Shown here: piece after piece, positions 56,686 to 64,000 of the stretch | Position numbering within the stretch: the stretch's first letter is position 1 | Layout of the letters: each line of letters begins with the position of its first letter | Assembly (NCBI GenBank): GCA_965218095.1 | Contig: OZ244587.1 | Coordinates: 2,016,001 to 2,080,000 of the forward strand | Direction: 5' to 3' | DNA from: Candidatus Poribacteria bacterium | GTDB taxonomy: Bacteria > Poribacteria > WGA-4E > PCPOR2b | DNA length: 64,000 nucleotides | Program-made: the position numbers and the translations under genes | The notes under the pieces: generated by a model | Database searches by the model: none | What the model saw: only the letters and a program-made list of their open reading frames with translations | Told to the model about the DNA's origin: nothing

Positions 56686-58008
56686 CTAAGCCTGTTGGGT
56701 GAATTCCTCCTCATGATACACATCCTGTAATCGTGTTGCCGTCAAGAATGCAAAGAACCCCACGCCTATGGCAATCGCGAAAGTACCTTCGTAGTCAATC
56801 CACCCGACAAGTTGACCAGCGACCAGCGGCATAAAACCGAAGGGAAATACGATCGTGTTCAGGAAGCCGAGATAAGTCGGACGATTCAGGGGCGGTGCGA
56901 TGTTGATCATATACGTCACAAAGCCGATCATCATCCCGCTCATTGATGCACCGCCGAAGGCAAAAGTCAGGAAATACCACGGCACCTGCCACACCGTTGG
57001 TAAGTATCGGACAGAAATTGCAATCATCGGCGCCGTACAAGCCAGTAATGATGTGCAAATCAGTATCCATCGAATGCCATATCGCTCTCCTATGTAGCCC
57101 CATAAAACGTTTGAGATAACACCGCTGACTGCAACAACTTGAAGGAACGCCCCAATGGTCTCATCTGGAACTTTTAATTTATCCAGTGCGTAAGGCGTGT
57201 AGAAAGGTACACACATCCTTGAGACATTTACGAAGATTCGGTACAGGATGAACCATCGATAATTTCGGTCTGTCCGAAGGAAGTGTGGTCCCTGTTTGAC
57301 GTGGCGCCAAAACGTTTTGCGCCTAGTTTGGACTGGGCGAATGGGTTCACGGATTTTTAGAAAAACAACGAATGAAATCACAATTGTGAGGACAACACTT
57401 CCGAATAGAAGCGCATAATTATCAGGAAATGCTAATCCGGATTCATCGCTCAAGACATAGGTGACGAAAAAGCCGATGAGTATGGTAAAAACCCCGCCGA
57501 TGAAATTGCCCAGGCTGAAAAATCGAGCTCTTCTCTGCGGTTCAATCGTTTTGGAAATAATATCCATGTACGGCACTGATGCAGCACCCATTGATGAAGT
57601 CCCGACGAAATACAAACAGATAAAACTCACAGCAAGTAAACTATAATTACGGGAGCCGATCAGAACCGTGCACAGGGTGACCGCCAGCCACACTGCGGTG
57701 TGGAAGAGCATGCCAATTATATAGAAAGGCATCTTACGGGAACGGTGTTCCAGCAAATTTGAGATAAACAGTTGGGGCCACATCCAACCAACCGACATAA
57801 AGGAGCCGGTCAAGCCGACAAGGGTGTTTGAGGAAGTAAGCTTATAAATAAAGGCGGAAAGAAGTGTTCTGGGATCCGTTAAGGCAAAGGACATCCGCAT
57901 AAATGTGCCTTGAAGTACAGCGATACGAAAGTTACGGTTTTGTTCACGCGCTTCGCCTTCTTTCTGTTGAGGCTGTGGCTCTGATATGTCCGTCGAAGCA
58001 ATTTTCAT
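56686..58008 (-). CDS. MFS transporter
   Basis: About 12 TM; PYMDIISKTI, RPTYLG. Confidence 0.88.
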   Translation of the reverse strand: MKIASTDISEPQPQQKEGEAREQNRNFRIAVLQGTFMRMSFALTDPRTLLSAFIYKLTSSNTLVGLTGSFMSVGWMWPQLFISNLLEHRSRKMPFYIIGMLFHTAVWLAVTLCTVLIGSRNYSLLAVSFICLYFVGTSSMGAASVPYMDIISKTIEPQRRARFFSLGNFIGGVFTILIGFFVTYVLSDESGLAFPDNYALLFGSVVLTIVISFVVFLKIREPIRPVQTRRKTFWRHVKQGPHFLRTDRNYRWFILYRIFVNVSRMCVPFYTPYALDKLKVPDETIGAFLQVVAVSGVISNVLWGYIGERYGIRWILICTSLLACTAPMIAISVRYLPTVWQVPWYFLTFAFGGASMSGMMIGFVTYMINIAPPLNRPTYLGFLNTIVFPFGFMPLVAGQLVGWIDYEGTFAIAIGVGFFAFLTATRLQDVYHEEEFTQQA

Positions 58009-58025
58009 AGGGGGTTGGGCTTTCC

Positions 58026-59341
58026 TTATTGAGAGATTTCCTCCTCGTGATACACATCTTCTAGCCGTGTTGCGATTAAGAATCCAAAGAACCCTATCCC
58101 CACGGCGATTGCGAATACACCTTCATAGCCAAGTAATCCAACAAGTTTACCAGCAATCACTGGCATAAGACCGCAGGGGAATAGTATTGTATTCATGAAA
58201 CCGATATAGGTCGGACGGATTCGGGGCAGTGCGATATTGATCATATACGTCATAAACCCGACCATCATGCCGCTCATTGATCCACCATTGAGGGCAAAAA
58301 TCAGGAGATAGAATGGTACCTGCCAAGACATCGGTAAGTAGCGAACAGAAACAACAACCAGCGGCGCCATACAAGCCATTGCCAATGTGAAAATCAAGAT
58401 CCATCGCACGCCATATTTCTCTCCGACATAGATCCATAAAGTGTTGGAGATAACCCCGCTGAACGCGCCAGTCGCAATGAACAATCCAACAGTCGATTCT
58501 GGAATTTCTAATTTGTCCAGTGCATAGGGAACATAGAAAGGTACGCACATCCCCGCAACATGGGTACAGATTCGAAAGAAGAGGAATAATCGATAATTTC
58601 GGTCTGTCCGCAGAAAGTGCGGTCCCTGCTTCAGATGGCGCCCAAGTGTTCGGCGCTCGGTTTGGACCGGGTGAAGGGGTTCGCGAATATTAAGAAAAGT
58701 AACTAACGCAGTCCCAACGGCGACAGTAACACATCCAAACAGGAGCGCATAATTAGCAGGAAATGTTAATCCCGATTTATCACTCAAGACATACCGGACG
58801 AAAAAGCCGATGAATATCGTGAAAATGCCCCCCGTGATATTGCGCAAGCTGAAAAATCGAGACCGTTTCTGTAGTTCAATTGTCTTGGAGATAATATCCA
58901 TGTACGGAAGTGTTGAGACGCCCATTGACGAAGCATCGATGAAATATAAACACAGAAAGCTTACAGCGAGTAAACTATAGCTCCGAGAACCGATCAGGAG
59001 TGTACACAGAAAAATCGCGAACCACGTTAAAGTGGGAGACTCATGCCGAGTGCGTAGAAAGGCATCTTACGGGAACGGTGCTCCAGCAGATTTGAAATCA
59101 GCAGTTGGGGCCACATCCAGCCGGCTGATATAATTGAACCGGTCAAACCGACGAAGGTGTTTGAGGCGGTGAGCTTATAAACAAAAGCGGAAAGAACAGT
59201 TGTCGAATCAGCAAAGGCGAAAGAGATCCGCATGAATGTGCCTTGCAGCACAGCAATCCAAAAATTGCGTTTTTGTTCACGCGCTTTCTCTTTTCTCTGC
59301 GGAGACGCTTGCTCTAATGTGTCCGTCGAAGCAATTTTCAT
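58026..59341 (-). pseudogene. MFS transporter, tandem paralog, frameshifted near 59035
   Basis: ORFs 59027-59341 and 58026-58925 both closely match 56686-58008. Confidence 0.85.
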
Positions 59342-59613
59342 GGGCGCCTAGTTGTCCTTAACCTCCAGGTACTGGAAAGGGTGTGTGATTCAAATGAAAC
59401 AGGGGGGATACATCCATAACGACATTGTTTGACTGTATTTTCGTCTTTTGGGTTAATCAAAAATGAATGCCCACCGGCCCCCAATTCCCTGATGCTTCGC
59501 ATCGTGGATTCTCGGTATGGAGCACCGGGACTTCGGGAGTTTTTGCGATTCTCCCCTTCCCCCCAACTTTGGGAGAATTGAGGGGGGCGGGAGCCAATGA
59601 TCTCTTTTAATCT

Positions 59614-59768
59614 CAGGACTTACGCAATTGCATAATACGCAATTGCATAAGTTGATTAACCCACAACCTGTTGTTATCCCTGTATCTTGAATCTTGCATC
59701 AGATTCAGGAGTCATGATTCAAGATACTATGAAACTACATGTTCTGCATATTGGCTGCGTAAGTCCTA
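59614..59768. mobile_element. MITE, copy B
   Basis: Ends CAGGACTTACGCA...TGCGTAAGTCCTA; 5-bp TSD AATCT. Confidence 0.78.
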
Positions 59769-59968
59769 AATCTAACAAAGTCAAGATAAGTCTTGCACAC
59801 CAAATAAATTCAGATCATAAAATTGACCACCAAAAGCCATCAACGCAATCAATGAAAATTGTTATCGTCATCAGTGGACGATCTATAATAGTATTATACA
59901 CTATGTTTCACCTTTCACGCATCATGAATCACCGTCATATTTCACAAAACTCATGAAAGGAAGCAATA

Positions 59969-60916
59969 ATGTCTAAACCGAAAGTTTTGATTGCAAGTCG
60001 TCCGGGGGCAGAAGTTGAAGGCATGCTCCAGGGTGCCCCACCGGAGGTCGAGATCCAATTCTTACCCGAAGGAGAGAAACTTGGTGATCACGTCTCAGAT
60101 GTCGAGGTTCTCTACGGTACTATCGGCGAAGAAGATTTCCCCAAGGCGAAAGTGCTGCGTTGGGTGCAACAGTCCTTCGTCGGCGTCGAATGGGCGAGGT
60201 ATCCCGCTTTCAGAGAGAGCGATGTGATACTGGTCAATAGCCGGGTGCTGTTTGGCCCCCAGATTGCTGAACACGCCTTTGCGCTCTTGCTCTCACTGAC
60301 GCGCCGCATCACAACGCAACTGGATTTCATGAGACGAAAACACTGGGGCGGAGCGCCGTGCATCGAATTGGCGGGAATGACAATGGGGATTCTCGGACTT
60401 GGCGGCATCGGTCGCGCAATCGCTGTGCGAGCAAAGGCGTTCGATTTCAAAGTGATTGCCGTCGATAAAGAGCCTATGGAAAAGCAGGATACAGTTGATG
60501 CACTCGGTCAACTCGACTGGCTACCGGAATTTCTCTCCAAATCAAATGTCTTGATGGTCTGCTGTCCAATTACGCCGGAGACCCATAAGTTCCTATCGCA
60601 CGCGCAGTTTAATCTTTTGCCGGGTGGCAGTTACCTCATCAATGTCAGCCGCGGGAAAGTGGTCGACGAGGACGCCTTAATCGCCGCGCTGGATAGCGGC
60701 AAGCTGGCGGGTGCGGGGTTGGATGTAACTTATACCGAACCGTGTCCACCACAGAGCCCATTATGGACGAAACCGAATGTGATCTTAACCTCCCATACCG
60801 CGGGGTTATCTCAGAACATCTCCAAGCGCGCCATGGGTCTATTTATCAATAACTTGCATCGCTATGTCAGAGGCGAACCGCTGGTCAACGCTGTGGACAA
60901 GCAGAAGGGGTATTGA
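59969..60916 (+). CDS. D-2-hydroxyacid dehydrogenase
   Basis: GLGGIG, INVSRGKVVDE, LDVT..EP, TSHTAG. Confidence 0.93.
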   Translation: MSKPKVLIASRPGAEVEGMLQGAPPEVEIQFLPEGEKLGDHVSDVEVLYGTIGEEDFPKAKVLRWVQQSFVGVEWARYPAFRESDVILVNSRVLFGPQIAEHAFALLLSLTRRITTQLDFMRRKHWGGAPCIELAGMTMGILGLGGIGRAIAVRAKAFDFKVIAVDKEPMEKQDTVDALGQLDWLPEFLSKSNVLMVCCPITPETHKFLSHAQFNLLPGGSYLINVSRGKVVDEDALIAALDSGKLAGAGLDVTYTEPCPPQSPLWTKPNVILTSHTAGLSQNISKRAMGLFINNLHRYVRGEPLVNAVDKQKGY

Positions 60917-61030
60917 AGGAAAGACAAAGGAAAATAAGTATGCAGGTTCATTTACCTTTACCTTCATTGCCATATATTACATCACATATCACGCATCACG
61001 TTTCACGAACATGTCTGGAGGAGGTTTACG

Positions 61031-61804
61031 ATGGTATTAAAGGATCGAATCGCTATTGTAACGGGCGGCGGTTCAGGAATTGGGCGGGGGATTGCCATCG
61101 AACTCGCCCATGAAGGAGCTGGTGTCGCTGTCGCCGACATTCAGGAAGCCCCGCGTCGTGGCAAATACCACGAACAGGATACGAGGACGCCAACCGTCGA
61201 AGAGATTGAGAAACTGGGAGCGCAGGGGATATTCATCCAGACCGATGTGGCAGATGACTCACAAGTTAATCGACTCATTCAGCAAACAGTGAAACACTTC
61301 GGCGGACTGGATATCCTCGTCAACAATGCCGGCATCTACATTCCCGGCGCCAGCCAGGAAATCACAATTGCCGATTGGGACAAGGTGGTTAGTATAAACC
61401 TGCGCGGCGTCTTTGTCGTGACGAAATTTGCGATTCCGTACTTGACAAAATCTCAATATGGGCGTATCATCCAAATTGCTTCTGTTCACGCTTACGGCGG
61501 CGGCGGCGGTCCAGCCTACGCTTCTGCAAAAGCGGCGCTCATCAACATGGTGCGTGACACCGCGCTGGAGATTGGGCAATACAGTGTCACGGTCAACGCG
61601 ATCTGCCCCGGCTATATTGAGACAGCGATTCAGGACTACCTGATCCCGGAACAGATCGAAGAAGCGAAGCAAAGAACCGTGTTGCCGCGTTTTGGTTTAC
61701 CGCGAGACATTGGCCGGGCGTCGGTTTTCCTGGCATCGGATGATGCAGAGTGGATCACTGGCGCCTCGCTGGTTGTCGATGGGGGATACATTGCCGCTGT
61801 TTAA
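61031..61804 (+). CDS. SDR family oxidoreductase
   Basis: TGGGSGIG, NNAG, YASAK, ICPG. Confidence 0.95.
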   Translation: MVLKDRIAIVTGGGSGIGRGIAIELAHEGAGVAVADIQEAPRRGKYHEQDTRTPTVEEIEKLGAQGIFIQTDVADDSQVNRLIQQTVKHFGGLDILVNNAGIYIPGASQEITIADWDKVVSINLRGVFVVTKFAIPYLTKSQYGRIIQIASVHAYGGGGGPAYASAKAALINMVRDTALEIGQYSVTVNAICPGYIETAIQDYLIPEQIEEAKQRTVLPRFGLPRDIGRASVFLASDDAEWITGASLVVDGGYIAAV

Positions 61805-61831
61805 CATTCAGTATCAGGTGGGTTTATACTA

Positions 61832-62667
61832 GGTTCTGTTGACATTTCAAGGGAGCCATATAAGAAGGGGGCCATATAAGAGTGGAGACAAAGCTGAGAA
61901 ATCCAAAATAACGGATAGCTAACTTCTCGAACCGAGAGAAGATGCGGCGATACCATTTTATCTTGTTAATGAAACATTCAACCCGATGTCTCTCTTTGTA
62001 CAGATGTTTGTCGTAATCTCTTTGATCCACACGATGACTTTTGGGCGGTATCACCGCAATCGCTCCATTCGCCTCAATAACCGCGATAAAATTGTCGGAG
62101 TCATATCCCTTGTCTCCAATCACATACTCGCTTTTATATCCAAGTATCAACCCTTCTGCTTCCGCTATGTCGTTTCTTTGACCGGGCGTCAGATGTATTC
62201 TTAGGGGATTACCCAGGCCGTCAACTGTGATGTGAATTTTTGTACTGAATCCCCCGCGAGAGCAGCCTAACGCTTGGTTTTCAGTGCCACCCTTTTTTTT
62301 TCGGCACCCGCCGCACACGGGTGCGCGCGAATGATTGTACTGTCCACAATAAGCGACTCGATATCGGGGTCAGAGGCGAAGTGGTGGTGCATCTGTGTGA
62401 AGATACCTTTGTCGCACCACCGAGCAAAACGCTTATAGAGGGTGTTCGATTTACCATAGGTGTCTGGCAGAAGTCCCCATTGAGCACCGCTACGGGTCGC
62501 CCAGAGAATAGCTTCGATAAAGCGGCGTGTTGTCGCTTCGTTGCCAACATAGATGTTGGGACAAGTTAGAAGAAACGAGTATATCTTATTCCATTGGTCA
62601 TCGGGTAAGGTTATTGGCATCATTCTTCTATTATGCCACAACCTTATACTCAAATGTCAACAGAACC
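61832..62667 (-). mobile_element. IS5-family element, copy 5 (diverged; orfA/orfB overlap at an A9 slippery run)
   Basis: Same TIRs and TA duplication; ORFs 62267-62653 and 61824-62318. Confidence 0.93.
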
Positions 62668-62874
62668 TAATTTGCAATGGATTTGGTAAGGTAGCGTATG
62701 TCTTCCGACTTGCGCCGTTGCGGATCACAAGTCAGGAAACTCCAATTGCATCGTGGGCAGGCTATGTGCTACGAATATTACTGGTTGGAACGCAAATTGG
62801 TATTAGGCCTTACAATCTACGCAATACGTGCCACACATCTCACACTATAGATCAAAATGGAAAAGGAGATTTTC

Positions 62875-63948
62875 ATGAGTCAGAAAACTTATCGTGCTGC
62901 TGCCATTGGGTATACCGGCGCAGGAAATTATGGACACGGACTTCACCTCCCTTTCAAAGAGTTGGAAAACGTCGAATTCGCTGCGGTTGCCGATCCGGAT
63001 GAAGTTGGACGAAAAGCGACGATGGAGGAAACGGGGGCATTACGCGGTTATGCCGATTACCATGAAATGCTCGACAAGGAAGAACTGGACATCGTCAGCG
63101 TCGGCCCACGCTGGACTACCGAGCGCCTTGATATGGTGCTGGCGTGCATCGAAGCGGACTGCCATATCTACTGCGAGAAGCCGATGACCGCCACCCTTGC
63201 TGATGGTGATCGGATTGTCAACGCAGCCGGGCAGAAAGGGTTGAAAGTTGCAGTCGCACATCAAGGGGTGTATCTCCTGGCGATTCAAGGTGTCAAGAAG
63301 ATACTGAACGATGGTAGGATTGGCACAGTCCAAGCGATTCACGCGCACGGCAAGCAAGACCGGCGGGGCGGCGGCGAAGACATGATCGTTCTTGGCACAC
63401 ATCTGTTCAACACAATGCGCTACTTTGTCGGAGATGTCAAATGGATGCACGCCCATGTCACGGAAAATGGGAAGGAGGTTACCCGCGCTGATGCACGCGA
63501 CGCCACCGAGCCTGTTGGTCCCGTCGCTGGTGATTGCATCAATAGCTACTTTGCGTTTGAAAGCGGCGTTTCTGGATTTTTCGATTCGCGGAAAGATCAG
63601 GTAGGCAGTAATCACTACAGCATGGAGCTCATCGGCAGCGAAGGCAGGTTATCGCTCCACGGGGGTGGTGGAGATGGGTTGGTAATCTATCCCTATTCGT
63701 GCTGGACGCCAGCCGATGCTTCTCAGAAATGGGAGCCCGTGCAGTTCGACGACATGCCTTTTTCTAGCGGCAATAACCTTGCGATCCTCGACCTGATTGA
63801 CGCAATCGAAAATGACCGGAAGCCAACTTCCAGCGCAGAGGATGCAGTTGCGGCGTTGGAGATGATCCTCGGCACCTATGAATCACAACTCACAGGGAAA
63901 CGTGTTCCTTTCCCTATTGAAAATCGTGAGCATCCGCTGCAAAGGTAA
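62875..63948 (+). CDS. Gfo/Idh/MocA oxidoreductase
   Basis: AVADPD, YADYHEML, YCEKP, LGTH; ATG after AAGGAG. Confidence 0.92.
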   Translation: MSQKTYRAAAIGYTGAGNYGHGLHLPFKELENVEFAAVADPDEVGRKATMEETGALRGYADYHEMLDKEELDIVSVGPRWTTERLDMVLACIEADCHIYCEKPMTATLADGDRIVNAAGQKGLKVAVAHQGVYLLAIQGVKKILNDGRIGTVQAIHAHGKQDRRGGGEDMIVLGTHLFNTMRYFVGDVKWMHAHVTENGKEVTRADARDATEPVGPVAGDCINSYFAFESGVSGFFDSRKDQVGSNHYSMELIGSEGRLSLHGGGGDGLVIYPYSCWTPADASQKWEPVQFDDMPFSSGNNLAILDLIDAIENDRKPTSSAEDAVAALEMILGTYESQLTGKRVPFPIENREHPLQR

Positions 63949-64000
63949 ATGTCGAATGAACTACTAAGACACGAAGACACAAAGATTTCCCCCTCATTTC

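Noticed and set aside
197-63615. Numerous short antisense or overlapping ORFs in the track
   Set aside because: They are shadows of real genes, with no motifs or RBS.
1-64000. Alternative genetic code (UGA=Trp/Gly or UAG recoding) to explain the in-frame stops
   Set aside because: Many intact genes end properly in TGA, TAG or TAA, and internal stops of all three kinds occur, mostly in genes with other lesions. Only the UGAs at 12045, 12051 and 45718 fall on catalytic Cys positions.
1-64000. CRISPR array, tRNA or rRNA genes
   Set aside because: No regularly spaced repeat-spacer series, cas genes, cloverleaf or rRNA-like sequence recognised by eye.

Overview
Bacterial window, most likely from a Candidatus Poribacteria-like genome. 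This is an inference from four PhyH dioxygenases, DUF6785/6784 transporters, DUF4159, a ceramidase-like hydrolase, a V-x-P-x-G-K...W-G-x-I-K C-terminal tail and TCACGCA-type intergenic repeats. It is mostly accessory metabolism: a LolA-like/FtsX/ATPase/beta-barrel operon, aquaporin, YyaL, thiolase-DUF35, leuCD, MFS transporters and several oxidoreductases. It is heavily eroded, with about 18 frameshifted, nonsense or truncated genes, five copies of one IS5-family element, one IS982, one other DDE IS and two MITEs. The main results are two probable selenoproteins that the ORF track cuts at in-frame UGA codons. One is a secreted rhodanese whose Y-C-x-C active-site motif is written TAC TGA AGC TGA (Y-U-S-U, two Sec two residues apart). 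The other is a deiodinase-like thioredoxin-fold protein (FGSYT-U-SPF). Each has a SECIS-like hairpin just downstream. Also notable: two adjacent unrelated secreted proteins sharing a near-identical RBS/signal-peptide block, a DUF4159 gene apparently split by a ~7.3 kb inversion, a PT-HINT toxin relic, and many 8-21 nt tandem duplications. Family names come from motifs recognised by eye; no database search was run.
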